Assembly: GCF_009914755.1 (NCBI RefSeq)
Contig: NC_060932.1
Source of the DNA: the human T2T-CHM13v2.0 reference genome, Homo sapiens
Length of the DNA stretch: 64,000 nucleotides
Strand: one strand, 5' to 3'
Below, piece by piece: positions 1-14,089 of the stretch (positions are counted from its first letter, which is position 1; each line of letters begins with the position of its first letter). The position numbers and the translations under genes are program-made. The notes under the pieces are model-generated. The model saw only the letters and a list, made by a program, of their open reading frames with translations. It searched no databases and was not told the origin of the DNA.

Positions 1-1326
<1,326 letters not shown>

Positions 1327-1424
1327 CATCAACACATTTTCCCAGGTATTTTATGAATTTTTGTGGGGTTTTTTAGAAGTGGAATTTCTGTTTCCAGAGA
1401 TTTTCTTGGTCCTCCAAGAAAATC

Positions 1425-1615
1425 TTTATTTATTTATTTTTAACTTTTATTTATTTAGAGATAAGGTCCTGCTCCGTCACCCAGGCTGGAGAGTAGTGGC
1501 GTGATTATAGCTTACTGTAACCTTGAACTTCTAGGTCAAACAATCCTACCGCCTCAGCCTCCTGAGTAGCTGGGACTAAAGGTGTGCACTGCCACACCTG
1601 GCTATTTTTTCCCAA
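1425..1615 (-). mobile_element. Old Alu right-arm fragment (duplicate of the 2855-3087 copy)
   Basis: (TTTA)n tail plus antisense Alu arm; shares flank and derived bases with the second copy. Confidence 0.8.
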
Positions 1616-1620
1616 TTTAG

Positions 1621-2481
1621 AAACGTTGTAGTAAAATATACATAACATAAAATTTACCATCTCGATCTTTTGTTTTCAGTGTATAGTTCAGTAGTGATAA
1701 GTAGGTTCATACTGTTTTGCAACCAATTTCCAGAACTTTTTCATCTTGCAAAACTAAAATTCTATTCCCATTATACAACTCATTTCCTCCTCCCCGCAGC
1801 CCTCATTCTACTTTTGTTTCCATAAATCTCACTACTCTAGATATCGCATATAAGTGGAATCATAGAATATTTTTATTTTTGTGACTGGCTTATTTCACTT
1901 ACCATAATGTTCTCAAGGTTCATCTATGTTGTGGCATGTGTTATAATTTCCTTCCTTTTAAAAGCTGAATATATTCCATTGTATATATATACCACATTTT
2001 GTTTATTTATTCATCTGTTGATGGACATCTGGGTTGCTTCTACCTTCTGTCTATTGTGAATAATGCTGCTATGAACATACATATACAAATGTCTTTTCAA
2101 GACCTTGCTTTTAATTCTCTTGCCTAGAAGTGAAATTACTAGATCATATGGTAATTCCATTTTTAATTTTTTGAGGAACTGCCACACTGTTTTCCATAAT
2201 GGCTGCACCATTTACATCCCCACCAATGGTGTACAAAAGTTCCAGTTGATCCACATCCTCACCACCATTTGTTGTTTTTTCTTGTTAATAGCAGCCATCC
2301 TATTGGGTGTGAGATTATATCTCATTGTGGTTTTGATTTGCATTTCCCTTATGATTAGAAGTGTTGAACATCTTTTCACATCTTTTGGCCATTTGTGTAT
2401 CTTCTTTTCAAGAACATCTATTCAAGTTCTTTTCCCATTTTAAAATCAGGTTATTTGGGTTTTTGTTGTTGACTTGTAGAA
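1621..2481 (-). mobile_element. L1M (L1MB-like) 3' fragment
   Basis: Antisense L1 3' end and ORF2 C-terminal remnant ([16 protein letters not shown]...). Confidence 0.85.
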
Positions 2482-2854
2482 TCAAAGAGTAGAAATATTG
2501 TTAAGGCTTTTGATAAAAACTACAAAACTCAGTTCTAGGAGGGTGGCGGCATGTTACCTAGCCCATAAGAATGCCTGTGATACTGTAGCCTTATCAGCAT
2601 TGGATATTGCAATAAAAAGAACAAACAAAACTTGACTAATTAGTAGGCAAAATACGGTCTCATCTTAATTGTAAGCTATGCTTTCTCATGGAGGCAGAGA
2701 GGAGAAGTAGTTGGCAAGCTCCACCACCATTCCACTCACCAATAACATCAGAGGGACTCTTATGACTCCCAAAAGGTCTTGCCATCCCACCGACTCATCA
2801 ATTACTCTGTATGCTGAGTATTAAGACCCAGCCCTGTTGGTCCTCCTAGAAAAT

Positions 2855-3087
2855 CTTTATTTATTTATTTTTAACTTTTATTTTTTTAGAGATGGGGTCC
2901 GGCTGTGTCACCCAGGCTTGAGAGCAGTGGTGTGACTATAGCTCACTGTAACCTCGAACTTCTGGGTTCAAGCGATCCTCCTGCCTTAGCCTCCTGAGTA
3001 GCTGGGAATACAGGTCCGTGCCACCATACCTGGCTGATTTTCCCCCTAATTTGTTAGAGATGACATCTTGCTATGTTCCCAGGCTGC
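2855..3087 (-). mobile_element. 5'-truncated old Alu (AluJ-like) with TSD agaaaatctt
   Basis: agaaaatctt at 2848-2857 and 3088-3097. Confidence 0.82.
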
Positions 3088-3861
3088 AGAAAATCTTCCG
3101 ATCAGGGCAACTATATTCTTTATGCACATTAATATTAACTATCAGGCTTATGTCATTTCTATGTCTCTTTTTGGCCTATTTTCCTTTTCCAATAATTCTA
3201 AGACACATCAATATGCAATCTTTTCTTAATTTATTAACTAGCTTAAAATACTAAAAAATTAGATGTCATGGGATAGAATATTTTCTTTAAATATTAAGTT
3301 TCAATTTTGGGAAACAGAAAATGCATTAATTACTTTAAAGAACTACCCACTGACAGTCACATTGTTTTCCATAAAATGAAAAAAAAATGTGCCAGTTAGG
3401 AAACAGACAATCCTCAGTTACTCCTCCAAATACATAAACTTTACATTGAGAAATGAACTCTCAAGATCAAGAAGGTGGTAAATACATCAGATAAGCCAAT
3501 GAATGAGGGCATACCAGTACCAAATATAGAAATGGTATACTCAAATCAACTGTTTTTGGTTTGGACCGAGTTTCAAATTTATACTTTTAGTTTTAATGCT
3601 ATCATGCCTGTCATATTTTAAAAAATGGTCCATACTAATAAAAGAACTGCAATAGTAGAAAAATAGAGGCCAGAATAGCAAAGGCAGTAGTTTCTATTCT
3701 TGTCTCTCAGGCTTGCCCTGGAACATTGAATTCAGTTTTGGATTGTACTGTCTGATCGAGCTGGTGAGGGGCATATAGGGAAGAGTTAGTAGAATTGGGC
3801 ATGTATGGCCCAGAGACAAGACTCAAGAGGACCTTTCAGTTGCTTTGATGATCAGAAGGGC

Positions 3862-4257
3862 TGATATAGCTTGGATATCTGTCCCCTCCAAATCATATGT
3901 TGAAATGTGATCCCCAAATGCTGGAGGTGGGGCCTAGAGGAAGGTGTGTGGGTCCTGAGGGTGGATCCTTCACGAATGGTTTGGTGTCCTCTGTCAGTAC
4001 TGAGTTCATATGAGATCTGGTTGTTAAAGAGACTGGGACCTACCCCTCTCCCTCGCCCCATCTCTTGCTATGTGACGTGTCTGTTCTCCCTTTGCCTTCT
4101 ACCATGAGTAAAAGCTTCCTGAGGTCCTGACAAGAAGCAGATGCTGGCACCATGCTTCTGTACAGCCTGCAGAACCATGAGGCAAATAAACCTCTTTTAA
4201 AAATAAATTACTCCGTCTCAGGTATTCCTTTATAGCAACACAAAATGGACTAATCCA
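3862..4257 (+). mobile_element. MST-family MaLR solo LTR
   Basis: TG...CA termini, aataaa signal, 5-bp TSD agggc (3857-3861, 4258-4262). Confidence 0.88.
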
Positions 4258-4593
4258 AGGGCTGGCAAGGGAAAGACTCCAACAAGAACAAAGATGAGTG
4301 TCTTAAATTTGCAAGGAAACTCATTTCAGCTCCAATATAAGAAAACACTTTCTACTTAGAAATCTCCAGAGAATGAGAGTGATCCAAAGCAGGACTGAGC
4401 TGACCCAGGAGGCAGAGAGCATTCACACAAAGTAGAGGAACCTCTCCTGGAAGATTGTCATAGGGGAAATTCAGACACCAGGTGGAGGCAACACAGATCC
4501 TTACAACCTAAAGATTTCTGGATTCTCTCATTTACTCTGGGAGAAACTTCATTTATGCTTGGAATCACCAATGTATAGAAAACCAAAACTCAC

Positions 4594-4682
4594 CTGCAAT
4601 GATGGCACTGATTGTAAAGAAAATATGATTAACTGGCACCACTGTTGTCGTATTGTAGAGTTTCGTGGCTTGATTCAGGAAC
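4594..4682 (-). CDS. NIPAL2: NIPAL2 coding exon 8 (89 nt, phase 2-1): (K)FLNQATKLYNTTTVVPVNHIFFTISAIIA(G)
   Basis: ccctag|GTTCCT...GCAG|gtgagt; NIPA-type LN-x-A...V-x-P motif. Confidence 0.95.
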
Positions 4683-5330
4683 CTAGGGCAGAAGGCACTT
4701 ACTGGAGCTTTGGCTTTAGGAGACATTCAGCAATAAGTTAACAATAACTTCAAGAAACACGTGTTCTTTAGCTACAACTACAAAGGGAAAGGAGGTGCAG
4801 TGAAAGGGCATTTCCAATCAGCAGTCATAGCTTATATGCATCTGATGTATGAGATCAGATGTCAGGTTCTATGGTCTGTTTAAACCAACAACAGTAACAA
4901 TGAAAAGCAATTAATCATATTCCGAGGCCACAGAAGTTTGAGTTGGAAGCGATTCAAGCTGCTGGACCAGTATCACACTGGGCCTGATTCATTAGGATAG
5001 ACCCCAGAATCTGTTAAATATCATATCTGGGGAATAGTAGAGCTATCCATTGACATGCCACGTGCCAAGAAAGAAGATGGAGAAGTAAAGGAATGTTTAA
5101 TGTTTCAAAAACAATGCTCAGTGCTCCAGCTGCAGAGCACATGTGGGAGCTCAGCTTCTCATTCTGGCCACCAACACAAATGCAGTTCCCACAACTGTGC
5201 TGTGCTGCCCTGCTAGGGACTAGATTGTTTTTTGAAGCAGTGAATTGCACTATCACCAGGGTGCTTTTAAAAAGCACTAATGCTTAGGTCCTACTCTAGA
5301 GAAATTGAAAAAAGTACTTTGTGGGTAGAG

Positions 5331-5332
<2 letters not shown>

Positions 5333-5367
<35 letters not shown>

Positions 5368-5472
5368 ATACACATATGTAGGTATACGTAAATGCATGTA
5401 TGTGCATGTATGCCTGCAAGTACATATACGTACAAAAGCCAGGTCATATACATGCATGTACATATGTATGTA
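5333..5472. repeat. (TG)n microsatellite plus degenerate alternating purine-pyrimidine tract
   Basis: Seen directly. Confidence 0.9.
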
Positions 5473-6596
5473 CAAAAACCAGGTCATTTTAATGGGCAAC
5501 CAGGGCTGAGAACCACAGTCGTACAGTGTGATGGGTGCAGGAGACTGAGACAAGGGTGACAGGATGCAGTTTACCCCCAATTGTGTCTGCCTGTCAAATT
5601 TACAAAGTATGGTATGAAGATAATGCCACTAATCCCAAAAGATACTGTGGCAGTACCAATTAATTCAGAAGAAACAGATAAATGAAATAGCAAATGCAAG
5701 TATTAGAAACACAGGCTTATAAGGAGATGACAAACCAGTGACAAAACATTGGGTTTTTCCAGTAATTCTCCATAGACCTTGTAACAGGGCCTATCTTCAG
5801 CCCATAACAATTAGACGGTATTTCTCACACCTACAGAAGGAACCACTCTTGTACTGATTTTGAGCTCTGATTTCTTATCTGGGATGGTGCTTTTGCATAG
5901 CATTTTGGGGTGAACAGAAAACTTTCAGGTCAACTCAAGAAAGCCCAGCAGGCAAAGGCACAATCCCAATGTGAGAGATAGAGGGGAAGTGATTAGAGTT
6001 GATGGAGTGGGGGCAGGGAAGAGCAGAAATTAAAAACGTTCCATGTCACCACTATTAGGCCTCAAGAGAAACATAAAACAATCATTCCGCAATCCCATGG
6101 ATACAAAGGAAATTCTGGCCAAAGATGCAAAATTTTGGGGAAAGGATTTCCCTCCCGGCCAAATGTCTGGTTTCGTCCTTCTCTGGGCAATTAGTGAGCA
6201 TGAGCTAAGAAATGAAGGTGAAGGGTTCATGTGTGTCCTATATTTAGAATGAAAGCCTGGATGTGGACCTGCCCCTTTGATTTATTGCTAATGACAACCT
6301 GTGTACCACAGATATTAATTACAAGCAGAAGAGCATCAGGAAAGTATCAAAGTGCACTTAGCTGGATTAAGGCTGCGCTTTAGAACTCACAAGACATGAA
6401 GGCAACGCTTCATAAAAACTCATTATTGGATGCAAAGGAGGAAGCAAGGCATGTTGGCTGAGGACAAGCTACAGGCCCTTCACCCTTAGAAATCAGTTGT
6501 ATCTCATTTTAATTATCATCTGAAGCCAGTAAAGATTAATGCCCAGAGAAGCACCGGAATGTTGAAAGATTAGTGAGTATGCAGAAGCTAACTTAC

Positions 6597-6732
6597 TTGA
6601 CTTGGAAAACACAAGATGCTATCATGATGATAAACATGATATAGAAAATGGGGTAAGTTAGTTGCATTTTATCCATCACAGAAAAAGTGATCATGCCTGA
6701 GACGGCCTTTACTGAAATAACAGTCAATGAGG
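6597..6732 (-). CDS. NIPAL2: NIPAL2 coding exon 7 (136 nt, phase 1-2): (A)SLTVISVKAVSGMITFSVMDKMQLTYPIFYIMFIIMIASCVFQV(K)
   Basis: tttttcag|CCTCAT...GTCAA|gtaagt; NIPA-type SLTV-x-S-x-K motif. Confidence 0.95.
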
Positions 6733-7224
6733 CTGAAAAAGAAAACAAAAAACACAAATAAAGAACATATTTCAGATTGAATTAACAAATATCTTAAGCT
6801 TATGTAGTAGAGTAGCAAATATACCAATTATGGTTTAAGAATGAACACAGTTGTGAGAGGTGTAGGAAGGGATGTGACATTAGTAAGCAGTGGCCTTGTT
6901 GCTCGAGCCGTGCTGGATATCAAATTTGCTTAAATCAGCTAAAGATCTGCTGTGTGACTGTGTGTTTTTTTTTTTTATCTGTGGAGCAAGATGCTTCTTT
7001 TCCATCCCTAACTGTTGAAAGAATGCTGTGGAGGTTATAATTACTAGTAGATGGGAAAGGCAAAAACAATGGAGGGAGGAGATAAGAAAAGTCAGATTGT
7101 CCATGTGACATTAATGAGAAAATAACTATTAAACTATACTGAAAATTTAAAAACCAAGTAGATGAGAAGACTGGAAAGTGAAATGCAACTCACTTCTTGA
7201 GTTTACTTAGAGTTGTACTAAGTC

Positions 7225-7257
7225 ATTGCTTCTCAGCCTTTTGGCTAAAATCAAGTG
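7225..7257 (+). pseudogene. 3'-truncated U2 snRNA retropseudogene
   Basis: attgcttctcagccttttggctaaaatcaagtg versus U2 5' end atcgcttctcggccttttggctaagatcaagtg (3 mismatches); 15-bp TSD gagttgtactaagtc. Confidence 0.92.
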
Positions 7258-7785
7258 AGTTGTACTAAGTCTATATGTGAGCCCTTTTGTTAGGAGACAC
7301 CTAGAAGTTTCATTAAGAATATTTTTGACAATGACAATAATTGGAAGCAGGAGCAGAGTTGAGTATTCATTTCTCAGGGTGGACCATCAATTTAAGGTTT
7401 ACATAAGCAATAGCTATTTATGTTCTATGCTAAAGTGGAACTCATCCCTTATGAGAACAAACTTTTCGTAGGTTCCAAACAGCAATTAAGAAAAAGTAAC
7501 TTGATAAGGTTATATCACTATGAAAGTAATGGAGCATTTTCTGGCAACATCATCTTTCTGTAAGGAAGAAAAGAATGCTTTCTGTCTTATGTCCCTCGAA
7601 GTTACTGTTGCAAATAATTCCATAATTTAGCTAAAACTCACTGAAAGTTCAAAAATAATTTTTACATGAAATAAAAAAACTATAAGTCAAAGGCAATGCG
7701 AAGGAGAAATACTCCTTTTGTTGCTGTTGATCTACTTGGTCATAATATATCTGAGTTTCCTTCATTTTATTTGAAAAGGTATTTT

Positions 7786-7853
7786 ATGTATGTGTGTGTG
7801 TGTATATATATATATGTATGTATGTATGTATGTATTTGAAATATATATATATT
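7786..7853. repeat. Compound (TG)n(TA)n(TATG)n microsatellite
   Basis: Seen directly. Confidence 0.88.
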
Positions 7854-7990
7854 TAAAACAGCAAGTGGTGGCCAGCCAAGAAAAGCCTCCCATAATATCG
7901 TTTTCCAAAAACTGAAAATATACTTTAACTTGAAGGGTACTAGGGCACACTTCCAAATTAGGCATTTTCTTTTAGTTAAAAATCATAATT

Positions 7991-8289
7991 GGCCGGGCGC
8001 GGTGGCTCACACCTGTAATCCCAGCACTTTGGGAGGCCAAGGCGGGCGGATCATGAGGTCAGGAGATCGAGACCATCCCCTGGCTAGCACAGTGAAACCC
8101 TGTCTCTACTAAAAATACAAAAAATTAGCTGGGCATGGTGGTGGATGCCTGTATTCCCAGCTACTCGGGAGGCTGAGGCAGGAGAATGGCGTGAACCCAG
8201 GAGGCGGAGTTCGCAGAGGGCCACTGCACTCCAGCCTGGGTGACAGACCGAGACTCTGTCTCAAAAAAAAAAAAAAAAGGAAAAAAAAA
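7991..8289 (+). mobile_element. AluY-like element with a short internal deletion
   Basis: ggccgggcgcggtggctcac start, aggagatcgagaccatcc and gaatggcgtgaaccc diagnostics, TSD aaaaatcataatt. Confidence 0.92.
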
Positions 8290-9941
8290 TCATAATTGAC
8301 AGAGGAGATCAGGTGATAAATTCTAAAAACAAACCCCACTTCTCAACAAAGAGGCCCTTACAATCAGGCCTTTCTCCATCTTAAGATGTCTTTTGACCTG
8401 ATTCTTTTACATATTTCCTACTGATTATGCTAGTAGCCACATCTTAGCTAAACTAGGCATTTTAAATATCTATAGAGATCTGTGTGTCACTTGATGGTTT
8501 AAGTTTGTAGGTTAGCTCTTGAGGGACCTTGATTTCCTTCTAAACACTGCCTGAAATTAGAACACAGTGTGATTATGATCTTGTGGTCTGAACAGCCAGG
8601 TTTCCCAACGGGACAATTAATGGAGAAGGAGTTGAACGTACTGTTCCATTAGCCTCAGAACCTCAGAATTGCAAAGGACCTTAAAGGTCATCTGATTTAA
8701 CCACTATCTGATTTTATATTATACTTAAACACAAGACAAAGACAAAACTAGAATTCTCTGTTATTGATAGCTAAACAAACTATCAATTTCTGTAGCCAAT
8801 CGTTACATTTTCAAAGCATGCACAATTGTCAACTGATTAATCACTATTTTAACCTGTAAATTATTTCTAGGCTGGTGTTGAGTACTTCTAAGTATTTTTG
8901 GGGGGTGGTTGATGAGGATAGGTGGAAATACATAATTGTAATGCAGTGTTCTTCTAACATTATACTTAAAAATAGAAGGTACTTAGGTAAGCACAGAAAA
9001 AAAGATGAGAATAAACTACATCAAGATATTGTCAGTGGTTATCTCTAGCACTGGGATAATGAATTAACTTGAAATTCATTAAAAAAATCTACAAAAGTAA
9101 ACATATTCATTTAAAAATTTTTGGAAAATGTGGGAAAGCCTGGAAAGGAAAATTAAAATTGCCTGTAGTTTCAGCACTCACCTCAAATCATTTTTGACAT
9201 TTGGACATGTTGTTATTTTCCTATCTATAAGTATGAATAGGTTACAACATGTGAATCATAAGGTATATGCTACTTAGGAGCTCATTTTCCAAGTATATAC
9301 CACTTAGGAACCTATTTACCTAAAGTATTTTCTATTTCATTAAGTATTCTTCTAAACCATGAATTTGTATGAATTTATTTTGGCAATTCCCTATTTTTGG
9401 ATATTTAGGTTGTATCCATTTTTTTTTTAACTATTAAAAGCGGGGCTGTGATGAATATTCTTGAACGTAAGTCTTTGTTTATCACTCTGCCTATTTCCTT
9501 AGGAAAACCACCAAAGGGGAATTCCTGACTACAGCCACTGTGAAGGCTTGTGAAATATACTAGCAAACTGCCTTCCAGAGAGTACCAGTCACACTCTGTT
9601 GTACAGTGCTCAATTGCACAGATTTTTGTATTTTTCTTTGTATCTTTCTCTATTTTCGTAATTGTCAATAATTACCATGTATACTTTCATCATTAGAACA
9701 ACACCATTTTTTCTAAACATGTGCTGACCTGTTTTTGAAATTTGGCCCTCTCAATTCCCTCTTAGATTTTCATCAATATACCTCCTTTCAAAAATTTTTC
9801 TAGGTTGCCATCAACATTTCCTTATGAGAGCCATAAACATTTTATTTACTAATTTGTCTCTGATAACCAAAGCATTCCATGGATAGAGAAGGACTTCCTG
9901 GCCTTCCTGGTTTCCTGATCAACCCAGAGGCGTTAGAGTAC

Positions 9942-10234
<293 letters not shown>

Positions 10235-10329
10235 TGGAGTCCTTTAAGAATGATCACCACTACTGGCAAAGTGGGCCACTCGCCAGAAGCCAGGTTTCTT
10301 TCTTCTGACTACCCTCACTTGCTATTTTC

Positions 10330-12870
10330 TTTTTTTTAATTCCATTTTTTATCAATCACACAAGCAATATCATGTACTTTGTTACGTCTCATGGATACAA
10401 CATGACTTTCATAATTACTTTTTTAAAACGTACTAATGCTCATTTACAATATTCAAGATGAGCACACAGTGCAGAGTGAGCATCTTGGTTCTCATTTCTT
10501 GCTGTAATGAGAACGCTTCTGGTATTTCACCAACAAGTTCTTTATCAGGAGTGCATATGAAACTTGATGAACTATATTAATGAATTTCTTAAAGAATCCT
10601 TCTTTCATTCCCATAGTTAATTAAATTCAAATGTTTACTGTGTGATTACTGTGCTCAATTCTACTTAAAGAATATATACTGTAAATAATAGACATGCTCT
10701 AATCTGGCCAGGAAGAGGGGCTCATAACAGCATATAAACATATAAGTAGAATATGTAAGTGCAAATTGTTGTAAGTGTTACAGAGAAGAACCAGTTTTAT
10801 TAAGACCACTTGGGCCAGGTGTGGTGGCCCATGCCTGTAATCCTAGCACTTTGGGAAGGTGAGGCAGGAGGATTGCTTGAGCCTAGGAGTTTGCAACCAG
10901 CCCGGGCAGCATGGGGATACCCTGTCTCTCCAAAAAAAAAAAAAAAAAAAAAAATTAGCCAGGCATGATGCCACGCATCTGTAGTCCCAGCTACTCAGGA
11001 GGCTGAGGTAGGAGGATCACTTGAGGCTGGGAGTTTGAAGCCGCAGTGAGCTATGATTGTGCCACTATACTCCAGACTGGGTGACAGAGCAAGGCTCTGT
11101 CTCAAAACAAAACAAAGACCATTTTGTCACTGAGTATGATTTGCTCTGTTTTATTTGCTAATTTTTTTTTTTTGGATTTTTGTATCAATATTTAGCAGTG
11201 ATATTAGTTCATAGTGTTTTTTGTTTGTCCTATTTTGTTTCCCATTTTGGGAGGTGAGTCTCATCTGATTATGTTTTCTAAAAAGTAAAAGCTTTCTTCT
11301 TATGTCCTCAAATAGTTGCAACAGCATCAGAATAATCTATTCCTTAAGGATTTGAAGATATTACCTTTGGAACTCTCTAGGCCTGGTTCTTTTTTAGGAT
11401 ATAGCTTTTTAACAACTCCTTTATTTCCTCCATAGTTATTTTCATTAAAAAATAAGCAATTCATTCAAATTTATATATATGCATATCTATCTATCATTTC
11501 TATTTTGGGGTATTTGTGGTTTTTCTTTTTTTCTGATGGAGGATCTATTTTATTAGTTGTCTTTTAAGAACATGTTGTGTTTAGTTATAAATCCATTACT
11601 TTTCTCTTTTCTATTTCATTAATTTTTGCCTTTTTAATTAATTTTAATTAATTCTTTCTGCTTTCCTTAGCTTTATTTCAGTATTTTTTCTAATTTCTTG
11701 AGTTGAATGCTTAATTGACTTACATTTAAAGCAATCAATCTCTCTGAATACAGCATTAGTCATGAACTCTAGGTTTAATATTAAGTGCTTTAATAATAAT
11801 TTAAAAATATGCTGCAATTAAATCTTGGTTTGTACTTTGCACAGCTGCAGTTTAAGGGTAGTGTTAACATTTCCAGGTGGTAGGGTTTTACTGGTTTCTA
11901 TTTTTGTTATTATTTTTCTGTTTTTATTTCACTGTGATCTGAGGATGTGGTCTGTATTCTTTCAACTTCCTGGAATTTATCAAGGATTTCTTTATGGCCA
12001 ATTATAGGATCAACTTTTGTAAACGTTACACAGGCACTTGAAAGAAAGTTTATTCTCTGTTTTCAGGATTTAGAGTTCAATATTAGAGGTACCAGTTCAT
12101 GATTAATTATTCAGATCCTCTGTCTTTATATGGGTTTCTGTCTAATTATCTTCCATGAGCTGAGAGAAGTCTCCTAACCCCCTTATATTTCTGTTAGTGT
12201 AGTTTTGCATTTTCTGCAGATTTTCTGTTGCATATTGGATATGATATTTTGTGGATTGTGCTCTTTTTGTCAGGATAAATTACCCCTTTTATCTCACTTA
12301 ATATCTTCTGCCTTAATTTTCATTTAGTAATATCATGACCTCCTGCTTTGTTTTACTTTCAAGCTGATTTACCTTGTTTTAGATGAAAATTTATGCATGT
12401 AGCCAAAACACTTCGCAACCTGCAAGGGCCAATCAGAAAGGGTGCTGGCTGTGGCACTGCTGGAAGAGGGTCCTGGAGAACCCCTGTCTTAGTATTTATC
12501 ATGACGGGGCTGGGGTTGAGAGGAGCAGATATTAGGGGAAGGAAGCATGGTGGCTGCTATTTGAATAATCCTTACAGCTGTACTAGTGCAAATTGGCTGA
12601 ATCCAATTTCAGAATCATTTTCAAAATCAATCTGGAAGTTTCCCTGATGTCCAATTTGAGAATATTTCTTTTCTTTTTTTTACTAGGTAAACGTATTCCA
12701 TTTACATTTATTATCATAACTGCTATGCATTATCTTAATTCTGTTATCTTACATTCCTATTTAAAGTTGGCTTCATTTTCATTATTTTCTTATATAAGGT
12801 ACATTTTGTTTCTTAGTTGTCTGCTTTTGTTTTCCCTACTTGGTAATTTGGAAAGAAACAAATATAAAGT
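10330..12870 (-). mobile_element. Fragmented ancient L1M (L1ME-like), interrupted by an Alu and a non-L1 block
   Basis: T-rich decayed antisense L1 ORF2-type sequence; boundaries approximate. Confidence 0.55.
10813..11116 (+). mobile_element. AluJ element
   Basis: Sense Alu dimer, aggattgcttgagcc diagnostic, flanked by aagaccact/aagaccatt. Confidence 0.9.
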
Positions 12871-13194
12871 TCTCTTTCTGTTCTCTTGATCTATAGCATA
12901 CCTGAATATAGCACAGAGTACATCTGTTTCTATAAGTAACTATCAAAAACACAAATTTTCTAGTACAAAGGAGAGAACTAGTTGATGAGATAGGAACATG
13001 AAAACCCAGCACCTCATTAACATGGAGGCTGCATACTGCCCCAGGGGTATGAGTACAGCCTTCCAAGTCATGGCAAACAGCACATGATGTGTGGGCCATC
13101 TGACTGGCTAAGAGGAAATGAAGATTTACAAATACATTTTTTTAAAGGGAATTTCCTAAATGATTAGTGAGATCTCCTAGTGTTGGTATATATG

Positions 13195-13217
13195 AGTGAG
13201 AGAGAGAGAGAGAGAGA

Positions 13218-13265
<48 letters not shown>

Positions 13266-13345
13266 GGGTGGGGGAAAGAGAGAGAGAGAGAAAGAAAGAG
13301 ACAGGGACAGAGAGACAGAAAGACACAGAAAAGGAGAAGGGAGGG
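13195..13345. repeat. (GA)n(TG)n compound microsatellite and GA-rich tract
   Basis: Seen directly. Confidence 0.93.
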
Positions 13346-13900
13346 AAGATACATTAAAAATACATAGTGGGCTTATCTAAGCACTCATTTTCAACTCTAA
13401 CAAGGTGCCTCTGGAAAAACAAAGTAAATGGGTTGGTAAACAATGAATGAAAGAAATGTGATATTTAAGAAAATCATACTGCTTACATCTACATTTCGTA
13501 TTAGTCATATTATAGAGTTTTTAAAGAAAATATAAATAGTATAGGTCTTGCTAACCAATTCCTGACACAAGAGTTTTAATTGGGATCATTAATTTGTTTC
13601 TCTTTTAAGATTTTCAATTACTTATTAACAAAATATCTTCAAATTATCAGGGAGCAAATAAAGTTATCAAGAAGCAAAAAATCCTTAAATGTATTTTTTA
13701 AAAATTAAATATATATCAATTGCAGTAATGGACAGGCAACATATAATTTTTATAATTTAGACTCAGTTTCTTCCTATAGATCAGAGCTGAAAAATATAAA
13801 CCATGAGAAAGGAGTAGAATGCTTAAGTATTTTCCTTCAAACCTCATTTATGACTCAGCACAGCTCAATTAAAGAATAAGAAAACAAAATATGCCTTTAC

Positions 13901-13997
13901 CTAGAATTGCCACCAGGGTTAGCAGAATCACCATATGCTTCATTCCTTTTCTTTTATAGAAATACAGGAGAATGCAGAAAATTAATATTTCTAAAAT
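13901..13997 (-). CDS. NIPAL2: NIPAL2 coding exon 6 (97 nt, phase 0-1): ILEILIFCILLYFYKRKGMKHMVILLTLVAIL(A)
   Basis: tttctag|ATTTTA...CTAG|gtaaag; two hydrophobic segments around a basic loop, in frame. Confidence 0.95.
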
Positions 13998-14089
13998 CTA
14001 GAAATGAAAAAGATGGAAAAGAGTAAGTTATTCTATGCAAAGTCTTCAAAATGTCACACTTCTCATTTTGATTTTGCAGCAATTCTCAT

